The notes under the pieces were generated by a model. The model did no database searches, was not told the origin of the DNA, and saw nothing but the letters and a program-made list of their open reading frames with translations. Below, piece by piece: positions 51,780 through 64,000 of a stretch of DNA of 64,000 nucleotides. The stretch comes from Podarcis pityusensis (Eukaryota), in assembly GCA_964106645.2 (NCBI GenBank), contig OZ067043.1. One strand, 5' to 3'. How positions within the stretch are numbered: position 1 is the stretch's first letter; each line of letters starts with the position of its first letter. The position numbers and the translations under genes are program-made.

Positions 51780-52005
51780 CAGTGGTACCTCGGGTTAAGA
51801 ACTTAATTCATTCTGGAGGTCTGTTCTCAACCTGAAACTGTTCTTAACCTGAGGTACCACTTCAGCTAATGGGACTTCCCGCTGCCGCTGCACCGCCGCC
51901 GCACAATTTCTGTTCTCATCCTGAAGCAAAGTTCTTAACCCGAGGTACTATTTCTGGGTTAGCGGAGTCTGTAACCTGAAACATATGTAACCCAAGGTAC
52001 CACTG
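51780..52005. mobile_element. Tc1/mariner MITE, inverted relative to the 15037 copy
   Basis: TA|CAGTGGTACCTCGGGTTA...TAACCCAAGGTACCACTG|TA. Confidence 0.9.
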
Positions 52006-55000
52006 TATACCAATGAGTGACAGGATTGTTGCCACCTACTTTCTTCAATGGCTCCTACCGTGCCTTGCATAGGTTCCGGGTAGATGACCTTCAAGTTTCT
52101 TTCTGACCCATAATAGTCCAAAGTCATTTTATCATACTAGCATGTAATCTGTCAAATGGTAGACTGACCTCTCCCAGCCTCTTACAAAGACCAGCATTGC
52201 AGAGACCTCTAGCACCATTTAGCATACAATATCAGCTGCTAATCTGGTTCGGAGCAGAGGACTTCTCTGCCATGTCCAGAGCATGCGTGGGTCAGAGAAA
52301 AAGTAAATGAGAATATGAAATTGACTTCCCAGAGCTAATTTTGATAGCAGCGTTGGATAAGGCAGAAATAATAAAGAAAGCCCTTTATTTCTCCCATGCT
52401 TCCAGAACAGTGGTGGCTTGCCTCAGTCATGCCTGTCACACATTCCCTTTGTCACCTGCTTTGCTATAATAATGAGAAGGGCCAGTCGTCATTTGTCAAC
52501 GTCCCTTTCCACCCGCAGTGACTTTTTCAAAATGCAAGCAGAAGTGTACACTTCAGTCTAAGTTTTGACAAAATATCTGGAATTTGGAGGGTCTTTGGTA
52601 TAAGAAAAAGAAGGAGAAACATGACTGGCTTGTTCACCGAGTTCACGTCTTGGGTCACTTCTGGTCATTCAAAAACTCAGCTTTTATCAGTTCTACCATG
52701 CTTGTGCTAGCCTTGTTTCAACACCAGGAGAGTTACAGTTTAAGTGGATAGAGGAGAATTATTAGCTTTTCTACAAGGAAATAGCCATATTTATGGTCAT
52801 CTTAAAAATCACAGGTGTTGCATACTGCAGTAGAGAGGGGGATTCCACAGACTGCAAACTGATAAAATAGATATGGGAAAAATTAAACAATTACTCAGTG
52901 TTGGGGTATTCTTGCGACAAGAAGGTGTAGCCTTACTCATAGTTGACACTTTTCCTTTTTTATTTCAAAGCTGCAGAGTCCTTGTGAACCTGATTGATAC
53001 AGTAAAGTGGTCCTCATTAACTAAGCAATCTTTAAAAAAAAAAAAAAATACAAAACATTGCAGCTGTAGGGAGGAGGTATTCACAAATGATGTCACAGAC
53101 ACTGTTCAATAGATTCCTGTGACATTTGCACAACCACTTTCTATACTGTCACTATTGCAAATAACATGTTAGACTAGCTGTGAGGTTGGAGGAGAAATCA
53201 CGTTTCTGGTGATAGAATGTTACTATTTCAGTCTTAGGGGAATACAGTATTCTTGAATCAGAGGCAAAACATCAAGGGGGGATCTAGATCTTTTGCAATA
53301 AAAGAATAACAAACGTGAATTTGCTCTGCATTAAATATATTGTCTGGAAAAGATTCCAATGTACCCAGTTTAATATTACCTCCGTCATCAGCTCCATCTG
53401 ATGAGTCGATCATCATCTGTCCCAGGAAAAAGGACTTGTCTCAAGTTTAGGTTGCAGTACTATAATTGCTTCTCAACCCCTTGGTTTAACATTTAGGACT
53501 AAACTAAACATGCGGGAAATAAGGAATTGCCTTTTATCCCAACCAACACAGTGACCTCAGTCATCAGGACTGGCTCTACGTTTTAGGAGGTGCTGAACAA
53601 AATACCCTCTCTAGGAGTCCTCATTTTGTGGGCTACTGGTACCAGCATTTGAAACATAACCAGGAAGTGGGAGGGGTGTTTTATTTCCCACAATGCCTAG
53701 GAGTGATGCTTCTTCAGAGGAATTGTGGAAAAATTTAATGTCATCCATTAGCAATAGCAACATAAAATCACACATGGATACATCTGTGCAGATATAAAAA
53801 ACCAAAATACAGGGTTTTCAAGTTTTCGTCATACAGATAATACTGTCCCCACTAAAACAACCCAACCACTTGTCTCAGATAATAAGGCAAGTAATCGGGG
53901 GAGGGGGGGTTTCAGCTGAAATTCAGTTCTGGCACCTCTCAGGTGGGCACCATTGCCATTCTAAGAGAACAAGGGAGGTGTTCATGGTGAGTTCCAGCAC
54001 CTCTTTTTCTGGAAAAATAGCAACAGATCTTTAAGCCCCAATAGTATATTCCCAAGGAAAAAAAGTTACAACATGGAATTCATTTATGAACAATTCTAAC
54101 AAGGATTCCTCTGCATTAAGTATACCTCTGCATTTTAAGGACAGAACAGAATGCAGTGGACAAGATGCCTCATCACGTTTGATCAGCAAAATCCATAAAC
54201 ATAATTCATAACATATTTGAAAAACGTCCCTCTCTCCATTTGTTGCCCACAATTTCTGAAACCTTAGCTGGGCAAACAAATGTCTCACACTACTATCATA
54301 ATTAAGGAAACTTTCATAACTGCCTGCCATTAGGAACTCCTTTGTCAGCAACTGTGGAAGGGCCAAAGCTTGGTGGTTCAGTGCATGACTTGCATGCAGA
54401 AGTACCCAAGCTCAATCATTGGCATCTGTAGGCAGGGCTAGGGAAGACTCTCTGCGAGCCGCTGCTCAGTTTATAGACAATTCTGAACTAGCTAGACCAA
54501 CAGTCTGACTTTGCAAAAGGCAGTTTCCATGTTCCTCTGACAACTGACGCTATATTGGTAAAAAAAAAAAAGGAGGGGGAGCAGTTGGAGGGCACAAGTT
54601 ACAATCTAAGTCCTTATATTTATGATATATTACACCAAAAGAACTAGAAGATCTGGATCCAATCTTAGTTGTGTATGACTGCATCCTGTGTCAATAAAAT
54701 CTACCACAAGCTCTTTAGTTCGGGGGCATTCTTTGATCTTGGGTCAAACATTCTAAAAACACTTAATTCCCCCACCCCAAGTTGCTCAGCTCTTCTGAAA
54801 TGATGTTAGTTTTACTGAGGAGGTAACTAAAGAATTTGGGTGCTCAGCACTTCAGGCTTGCCTTGGTGTGAAGTTCGTGAATTCTCTAGCTGGCAGCTTG
54901 TGTGCGTGCCTGAAAACCAAGAGTTATTTGGTTGAAGTGTAGTCACCCTGAGCTGCATCTAGCACACACCCCCAGATGAGACACACTGGAGGCAACAGGC

Positions 55001-56648
55001 CAGAGGACTGGTGACCATCCCAGCCCTTTAAACACTCGGTTCGTGGCAGCTGAAGGTAGCAGAGAGTCAAAAAGATCCCAGCTTTCCTTCCCCCTACAAA
55101 TACCAGCCTACTGGTTGACACAGAGTACATACATCTTAAACAAACACTTGGCTGGGCTGTTTATCTCCACGGCCTTTAAACAAACTTTTTCAAAGGTTTC
55201 TGCTGATACGAGAGATTTACTGAAAACCATTCACCCTTCTTAAAAGCCTCTCAGTTTATGCTGCTATGGGCGAAATGAATACCATTTTTGCCTGGAGTTT
55301 TCTGTCTTTTGACCACATGTTTATCCTAGAAGCCGCCACAGGCTTTGATAGGAAAGCAACAGGGGCATGGATCTTTATGAGAAAAAATATAAAATAAACC
55401 CAGAAACTGGGTGTGCACGAGGGGTGACTAGAAAGTTTAGCTGTAGTGAGTTTTACACACAACATGTCTGCTCTTTGGCTGCAGTATCCCATTCTGTAAT
55501 GCCACAACTTGCATCATTCTGGTGAAGTTTTTCATCCTGCCAATTAGCTCAGACAACTCTGGATTTATATTACTCATCTCATATCAAACACAAGCTCTTG
55601 CATATACCCAAAGCTTGCACTGGTTTAGGTAACAGTAATTCAAAAGTCTGTTTAATTAAACCAGCAAAATGATTTTTAAAAACCCAGAACTCTGCCTGCT
55701 GTTCCCTGATGGGTTTAGGTCTCCTTAGTTCATAACTGTGACTATGTACACATTGCCAGCTTAAAATGCAGCTAGGTCACTCTTTTTCTCAGTTCAGAAT
55801 GACGCTGTTTTTGAGGGAAATGCAGTATTTCCTAAGAAATGGCAGTATACATACAGGATAGATATGGATTGTGGCTGATGTTGTGTGTACATCGCTTCCC
55901 AAATAAGTAGTGGGAGTACACTGGATGCAGAGTAAACAGGAGTGTGTACACAGCCTGTGTCTATGATTTCCAGTTTTTCTCTGTGAAAAAACTTGTAAGG
56001 ATCCATACCCCTGTACGGACCTCTGTATGTATTTGAAGCTCTGCTTAATCTTGTTACCTTGCTGATCCTAGGCTAGTATACATTTAACCTCCTGGATCGT
56101 TAAAAAGACAGAGGAAGGGCCATAGTTCAGTGGTGGATCACATGGCTAGCACACAGATGGCCCCACCACTTTGCAACAACAGGTTGAAAATTATTATCCA
56201 GGGCCTGTTTCTCATAAGCCTTCATCTCTGGTTGCTTTTCTGATTTCTCTCAAATTTTCACTATCTTCCTCCCAGAAGAGAGGGATAAAAACACCTGCTC
56301 CCCAGCCCTGGTTCTCTAAGCTGTCTCCTCAATGTATATCTGCATCAGGTCGTACATTTTATAGGGGGCCAGGTCTGCAATCACATGCTATGCCATTCAC
56401 TCATTTGGACATCTGCCATTAGTCAGACACTGCATTTGTAGTATCATTGAATTATCAAATTATCCAAGGAAGAGTGCCGTCCAACTAATGGCTCCAAGAT
56501 GAATATGACACAATTTAAATAAGGCTTCTCACAAGGCGGTGTTCATCGCAGGCGTAAATACTTCCTGCAGTAGACTTCATTACTTTTTTTAAAAAAAAGA
56601 ACTATTATTTTAGCTAACTTTAGGTTATTAAATTGTGGGTTTATAAGC

Positions 56649-56808
56649 ATACCCTCCAACATTTATCCGATGAAAATAGGGACATCCCATTCCATAACGA
56701 TAATTTTACTGTTTATATCCCACACATCTTACTGGGTTGCCCCAGCTACTCTGGGGACAGCTTCTCTAAATCAGGGATGTCCCTGGAAAATAGGGACACT
56801 TGTAGGGT
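56649..56808. mobile_element. Non-autonomous DNA element, same family as 41200-41548
   Basis: CATACCCTCCAACATTT...GAAAATAGGGACA...AGGGTCT. Confidence 0.7.
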
Positions 56809-57187
56809 CTTTATATGTATTTACTATCAATATTTGAGGCGGGGGGCGGTGCTACACACAGAGTGAACAAAAGATGAATGGTTATATGCTTGCGTACATG
56901 TGTGTGTATGGCTGTATATGTGTTTTTAATTCTAGTAGCCATTATTCTGTACAGATTTAACATGAAAAGAGAAATAACAGCTAAAATCAGTGCTTTTTTC
57001 TGGGGCTACTCAAGGGTACACAGTACTGGCACCTTTTTTCCTAGAATAAAAGCACTGGCTAAAATGTTTATGGGGAGGGGTTTATAGCTCAGTGGGATGA
57101 CACGTACATTGTACACAGTATGTCCTAGAGTCACCAAGAAAACACAAAATTGGGCAAGTTTGGCTAATGGTCTAAAATTGTGGAAGA

Positions 57188-57574
57188 CAGGAGTGGGAAA
57201 CGTTTTTAGCCTAAGGGCCGCATTCCCTTGGAGGCAACCTTTTGGAGTCCACATGCCAGTGGTGGGTGGGGCCAACAAGAGGTTAAAACCTGGGCAATGG
57301 GTGTGACTCTTGCCATTGTACAGTGAGCTACATTTCAGGGACATAAAAGCCAGTGGTTTCTACGCAAACCTCCCTCCTCCATCGACACAAGCAAGATGTG
57401 TTAACATAGTTCAAAGGCACATTTCAGACCAGCAAAAGCACTTGATGAGGGGGCAGAGTAGAGCCAGTGAGGAGAGTGGCTTGGGAAAGCAGGTGTGGCC
57501 TGAGAAGTCCCCAGGGCCAGATAGAAAGCCTGGAGGCTACATTTGGCCCCTGGACCTGAGGTTCCCCATCCCTG
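57188..57574. mobile_element. Older hAT-like MITE
   Basis: Imperfect TIR CAGGAGTGGGAAAC...GTTCCCCATCCCTG; subterminal GGGCC motifs; TSD not preserved. Confidence 0.6.
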
Positions 57575-60500
57575 GCATAAGGCAATGAGATATGTTAAAG
57601 TTCAGTTCAGCTTTGTACACCAACCACTTCTTCTCATGTGACCCTGCCTACCAGTTGCAATCATCTCAGAATGGTCCGCATTCTGCTGTGGAGATTGGGG
57701 CAATTGGAGGGGACACAGGACAGGGCTTTTCCAGGGGCGGCACCTCAATTACAGAACTCCCTCCCAAGAGAGTTTGGGCTGCCCTCTTCTTTGTTACTTT
57801 TATGGCTTTTAAATTTTATTGTGCCAGGCTTTTTCAAAGTAATCCAATGCAGTGCAAACCTCGCTTATATCATGGAGGGGCAAACGAAGCATGCAACTTC
57901 TCTGCTCCCCATGCCCATGCTTGGATTGGCTCACCTGGGCTAGTGCCTCTGCCAATCTGTCTGGAAAAGCAGCCCTTGGATTTTAAACTGCAAAAGTAAA
58001 ATCCAATCATGTGTCTCCAAAAAGGAAAAAAAAAGGGGGGGGGAGCAGTTTAACTGCAATTGCAGCAGCAACACAGCAGCCTGCATGGTTTGTAATTGGA
58101 GCTGCGAGGCGCATTGTTCCCTTCCCACTTCCTGTCAGCGCCATTTTCAAATCAGCAGTAGTTATCTAGGCTGCTGCCAAGCTCCTCTGGAGAACATAAC
58201 CATTTGCCACCAAGCAAGCAGGCAGGCAGGTAAAGTAGGGAGGAAAACCAAGGGAGAAGAAACCATGTCAGCAGCAAGTTGAGGAGGAGTGGATTGGGGA
58301 GGTGGAAGGGTGGTGATGGGGGACCCTGGAAGACACCCTGCCCTGCCCAGGGCCCCCTCAAACCTGGCAAGTGTTCTTGGTGCAATCCAATACATGCCTA
58401 CTCAGAAGTAAGTCCCGTTGTGTTTAATGGGACTTACTCCTTGGCAAGCATTTGGGTTTGTAGCCTTAGTATATTTCAATCTTGCTAGCTATAGCCTTGC
58501 TTGTTTTATTTTGACTCCTTTTAACCTGGTTGATATTTTAATTGTAAACCGCCTTGAGTGGAATTTTGTGGACTGAAATGCACTATATAGGCTGGAAATG
58601 CTTTTTATAAATAAAAATTCTGTATTCACTGAACCATGGTGTCTGTTCTGCTGCTTGGCTCTGCTGTATTCTCAATTCTACTTCAGTTTGTGCTTTAGTT
58701 GCTGAGAGCAGAATGAAAAACCTGAAAGCTACAATTCTAGATTCTAGGATTTTGGTCACAGGAAAACCCTGCAACAAGACATGGAAAATTAGCAGAGATG
58801 AAATTCAAGCCTCTTTATTAACAAAAGTTTTATTTGGATGCTCAGCATTTACATGTAATCCGGGAAGAGAGTAAAGGTCAGGAGAGAAAATACCGGTGTT
58901 TATTTATATAGGAGGGCTTTGCGAACAACATGTTTTTGGTGAGACTTTGGAAACAGCATCAACCCAGCCCTTAAGGGTTGTTAAACCTGTTAGACTCATA
59001 CGTATTAATACATGTAACAACCCACAAAAGCAAACAGCAGCGCACATAAACCCATATTTTTCTTCCTTTGTGTACACGATGAAATGCACAACCATATCTC
59101 TGTGCAAGCAACCTCCCCCCCCCAAAAAAAGGTCCCATGAAAATAATGTGTTTTCAAAACGACAATCTTACAATCTTATTATGTCAAGAACGGGAGATAT
59201 TTCTATTTATTTGACACATATACTTAATATGAATGTAACGGACTCTGAAATGTGAAGTTTTAGAATTACGAGGTATTATGTTTCTGACACAATGTTTTCT
59301 CTCCTTTTGTAGAAATCTGAAATGCTGAAATAGAAAGGATTTCTGAAGGGAATTAAAACTCATGATTCCTTTTCATCTAAAGATGGGCACTCAGCCCCAC
59401 CTACTTTCCCATAAAGAACTCTGTCCCAGTTTCCCTTAAATTACAGTTAAGGGGGGGGTTGTGCCATAAAATAACACACATGGGAAAGTAAGGTTGTATG
59501 CACATCACATATTTAAGCACCTTCCCCCCACCCAAAGAATCCTGGAACTGTAGCGTGTTAAGGGTGTTAAGTGAGGGGTGAACTACAGTTCCCAGGATTC
59601 TTATGACGGGTGCTTTAAATAAATTGTGTGCACACAGACTCAATCTTATCTTTCCATTTCCCTGCTTACATATTCTTTTTCACTGGAAAGAAGCCTGAAG
59701 AGAGCTATAGTGTACGACATATTTTTACACCACAGCAACTAGTCTACCCATGGCCTAGTCTACCCATGTGGCAGAATGAGGTGGTAATAAGCTGACGGGG
59801 TGGCTACACTTCCTTAGCGCGAGAACAAATTTCTGAATGCTTCCCTGTTGTGGGGATATATCCCCAAATGCATAAAATCAACACAACAGGTAGCAAGTTG
59901 GCTACCTCTCTCAGATATGCTAGCTTTGCATGTATGGGGAGTATTTACATGAGGGGGCATTCAAAAATGGCAGCCCACGCTGATAGTATGGAATAGTACA
60001 GAATATCCTACCATATCAGGACTGTCTCTCAGTTATCAAGTCTCCCCTACCTTACCTAGCTTTCCCTCAAGCTTCTTCTTTCCAAGACTCTCTGCCTTCC
60101 TATATCCAATACTATCCACAGTCAAACTCTCCCTTTCTTTTTTGTTATCCTCACACACGCATGACATTTCAGCAGTACAGAATGTCTAAAATGACAGCTG
60201 CCGAAGCTCAAGACTTCCTAAAAGCCACTTCTCCTAATCCTCAGTGTGCGAATATCTGGCTGTGGTTACTCTGTGGTGAGGGGAGAAACTTAATATATAA
60301 AATCAAATAGCCCCTGTAGAAGTGTTTTCCCCCAGAAGTAATTAATACCTGGAGGGAGGGAAATAGGTGGCATATCTCCTGGTCTGGTCTAGTTGGAGCT
60401 TGTGCACAGAACCTACATTGGGTGCTAACAAAATTTTCTAGGCCTGGGATGTCGACTGGGCCCTCAGCCCCACTTACAAAGAAGGCTGAAATCGAGCTGT

Positions 60501-60598
60501 GTACAGTTTGTGTCATAAGCAAATTTACATTTTTTGCAGGTTGGGTGGAAGGCCTGAAAAGAAATCGGGGGCCGCACACAAATAAGATGTCAGACAGA

Positions 60599-61750
60599 CA
60601 GAGTGTCAACAGGTAATTTTTTGGTCATAATGGTATTTTTAGACTAGAACAGACTTAACCTGTTGAATTTCTGCCTCCTCAACAAGAGCTCTGCTCTCCT
60701 GCAGCACCAACCCTAAACCATGCAAAGAGCTTCATGAGTTATAGAGCATTCACCCATTGATCTTAGGCTGGCAATTCTACATTCAATGGAATTTCATATG
60801 CGGGTGGGGTCAGGGTTGAAAGAGATATGCAGCAATGAAGGTTTAGTTGCCTCTGCTTGGATAAATTCAAGTTTAAATTGTTCAAAAAACAAAAAACTGG
60901 CAGTGTATTCTAACAGCATTTGTTTTGGTTATTTATTATTTATATCTCATAATAACTACAGCAATGTTATCAGCAAAGGTCAAACAGACACCTTTTTCTT
61001 TCTTTTTCTTTTTGAGCAAAAAGGATTTGATGAGTATATCCATTCAAGTGTTTATACCAGCAGCAGAATCTTACCTCCAAGAGTCCCCCTATTTCGCTCC
61101 TCCCACCGGTGGGAAATCAATTAATCACCACCCCCCATGTTGCTGCTACAATTCACTTAACAGCTTCCCAACTTTATTTCTCTTAAGAAAAAAGAAAATC
61201 AACACCAGGAGACTGGATTGCAACGTTGGGCTACACTGCAAGGTTTTCATTTAGTCATCGCTCCTTCTCCCCTACAATATTAATACCACAACACTGGGAT
61301 ACTTAGCAAGGCTGAAGTAACTAGGAAGAGGCAGATTTTTCCTCTGATTTTCACATTATTTTTGAATCTTGAAGTTTAGTTTTCCATAACTCCACATTAG
61401 TTTGTGGTTGTTGTTGTTGTTGTTGTTGTTTAAAGTAATCATGAAAAGTCATCAGCATGCAAATTTCTCCTTATATACATATTTTTGCATGCAGTTTTGA
61501 CTAATACACACATTTTTGCAATATAATTTTCACAGATATATGTCTTTAAATGTACACTTTACCCTAGTGTATGCATTTCTGTACACATTACTTGGCTGGG
61601 CGGCTTCATTACAAAATTAGAAGAGTTGCAAATTTCAAAGGATTGGGTTTTGGTTCATATATTGTTTTGGAAAGTGTGAATCAGGTGGGTTCGCCTTTCA
61701 GTGTGAACTGAATCAAGTTTCTTTCCCATCCCATGCTTTCTCAGCCACAG
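60599..61750 (+). repeat. Diverged direct duplication, copy B, interrupted by an insertion at ~61330-61730
   Basis: Collinear with 50467-51490; the insertion is homologous to ~45430-45700. Confidence 0.85.
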
Positions 61751-63435
61751 TTCTCACCCAGTAGAATACTTAATTCCCAATAGCTTTCTTGCACTCAGAT
61801 CAGAATCCAAGTGGGGGAATTCCTGGCACCACTGCTGATTTTTCTTCCCAAAAAGTCATCCCCACCCACCCCAACCACAGACACATTCCCCTGTACTCTT
61901 ACCTTCACTCGGCAATAGCAGAAGCAAAGCCATGTGAGAGAAGGGCAGTTCTCCCAATCTCCCACAGCCCTCTGTGGCCTTATCACACTGCTGACCAGTG
62001 CAATGTCCAACCATGGACTGAGAGAGAGTAGGAAAGAAGAACCTCTCTTGCACTGCCACACTGAGTAGGGGGAAAGGAAGGGGAAGTGTATTTAAGGGGT
62101 GGAAGTTGGCAAACTGGAGATGGAGGGAGACAGGCACATTCTTCTGGGCCCTTTCGTATTGGAAAATGTTGAGTGTTCCCATTTTCTTTCTAGGAAACTT
62201 GGAAAAATCCTGGGCCAAACTGAGGAGCTTGGGAGACCTTGACCATCTCTAATATTCAAATATGTGTTCACAGCGACTAGTGAACGTGTGGAGGCACGTT
62301 CCCAATTCCCACTTTCGACATATCCATTTATGCCTGGAACCAGTGCTTTTCTTCTAACAAAATGTTTAGGGGTACTCTCATTTTGACTCAAGAAGATCAA
62401 CATTTTATAGTTCAAATTGGGTAAGGAAATGAAACCACCATCGGAGGTGGTAACAACAAAACTGACCAATCACTGTGCTAGATTCCAGCTCCTACTTCAC
62501 ACATTAAACACTTGCTTCCGTCTGAGACTCAGGAAACACCGTGACAGGAAATGAGGCCGCCATCGAAGGTAGCAACGGAACAGAAGATTCACCATGCTAG
62601 AGAAGAAACTAATTTTTTTTCAAAAAAAAAATAGTTTCTTCACCTGTTAGATTCACAAAATGTCCCCCTGCGTCCCTTCGGAGGGGGAAGCACTGCCTGG
62701 AACTGATACCTGACAAGGCCACATACACTCTTTACTGCCTCACTTTTTTTCAGGCCCAAGTGACATAACAAAAGCTCATTCTTGGGCTGAGGCCTGGTAA
62801 ATCCTGGCTCATGCTTCCTTTCAGCTTCCCACGCTGCCATGTCACCAGGGTGCATTTGGGGTGGGATCCAACTAATGAGCCCCGTCAGTGAAAGCCCTGC
62901 ACAAGGACTTCCACTCGTGCGATGGAGCTCTGCCCACATTCCCTATACCCACAAAAATTGGCTCGGGATGCGGGGCTTGGGAGATCTTAGGAGGGGTCTC
63001 ATTAATATCTCTAGCTGCTTCTCAGCCTTTCCTTTGAACAAAGCTGCCTGGTTTCCCTGCTTTCCATTGCCAGGCTGTGACTCCATTATTCTAATATATC
63101 CATTAGTTTGTGGAAATCCTCTCCAACTTTGCTCCCACTGGAACAGAAGTTCCTTCACAAAGACATATATTTCTGCAACTCTCTTTGAAGACCTGAATCA
63201 ATTTCTTTCACCTACAGAAGTATCTGTATACAATACAAAAGTATTGGCATTAGAAGTTTAATCTATAGATTGTGGACATCCTTCAGATCTCACCCACCCA
63301 CACTTCCCCCCCCCCCTCTTTTCTTTTCTTTACTGTGGCTTATTGTGGATGAGCAAGCGCGCACTGGTAAAACTGCACCCTCCCTGCTCCTCCCTTTCTA
63401 AAGCAAAGAGGAAACAAACCAGAGGGTTGGCTTAG

Positions 63436-64000
63436 CATAGAATCATAGAATCATAGAGTTGGAAGAGACCACAAGGGCCATCGAGTCCAACCCCCTGCCA
63501 AGCAGGAAACACCATCAGAGCACTCCTGACATATGGTTGTCAAGCCTCTGCTTAAAGACCTCCAAAGAAGGAGACTCCACCACACTCCTTGGCAGCAAAT
63601 TCCACTGTCGAACAGCTCTTACTGTCAGGAAGTTCTTCCTAATGTTTAGGTGGAATCTTCTTTCTTGTAGTTTGGATCCATTGCTCCGTGTCCGCTTCTC
63701 TGGAGCAGCAGAAAACAACCTTTCTCCCTCCTCTATGTGACATCCTTTTATATATTTGGACATGGCTATCATATCACCCCTTAACCTCCTCTTCTCCAGG
63801 CTAAACATGCCCAGCTCCCTTAGCCGTTCCTCATAAGGCATCGTTTCCAGGCCTTTGACCATTTTGGTTGCCCTCCTCTGGACACGTTCCAGTTTATCAG
63901 TGTCCTTCTTGAACTGTGGTGCCCAGAACTGGACACAGTACTCCAGGTGAGGTCTGACCAGAGCAGAATACAGTGGCACTATTACTTCCCTTGATCTAGA
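63436..64000 (-). mobile_element. CR1 LINE 3' portion, runs off the window
   Basis: ORF 63515..63979 is nearly identical to the C-terminal part of ORF 38540..39169; (ATTCTATG)n tail at 63436. Confidence 0.96.

Overview
This is eukaryotic, not prokaryotic, DNA. It comes from a squamate reptile, probably a lacertid lizard, inferred from a Sauria SINE, Squam3-type SINEs, BovB and squamate CR1/MITE families. No host protein-coding exon can be identified with confidence. The window appears to hold the CpG/GCC-rich promoter and first exon(s) of a minus-strand gene (~7.6-9.1 kb, identity unknown), the start of its AT-rich first intron (1-7.6 kb), and ~55 kb of upstream intergenic DNA with several enhancer-like blocks (clearest at 47.8-48.6 kb). 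The outstanding element is a complete 4,944-bp Ty3/Gypsy (Mag-like) LTR retrotransposon at 30210-35153 (-). It has two apparently identical 366-bp LTRs, a GTAAA target-site duplication, a tRNA-Ser PBS, a PPT and one intact 1358-aa Gag-PR-RT-RH-IN ORF with FFDD in place of YxDD. Also present: a solo LTR of a second family, two ~99% identical CR1 3' fragments, a BovB fragment, SINEs, Tc1/mariner and hAT MITEs, microsatellites, and an old ~1-kb direct duplication (50.5/60.6 kb). Most short ORFs in the track are noise. I found no convincing evidence of a wholly new biological system.
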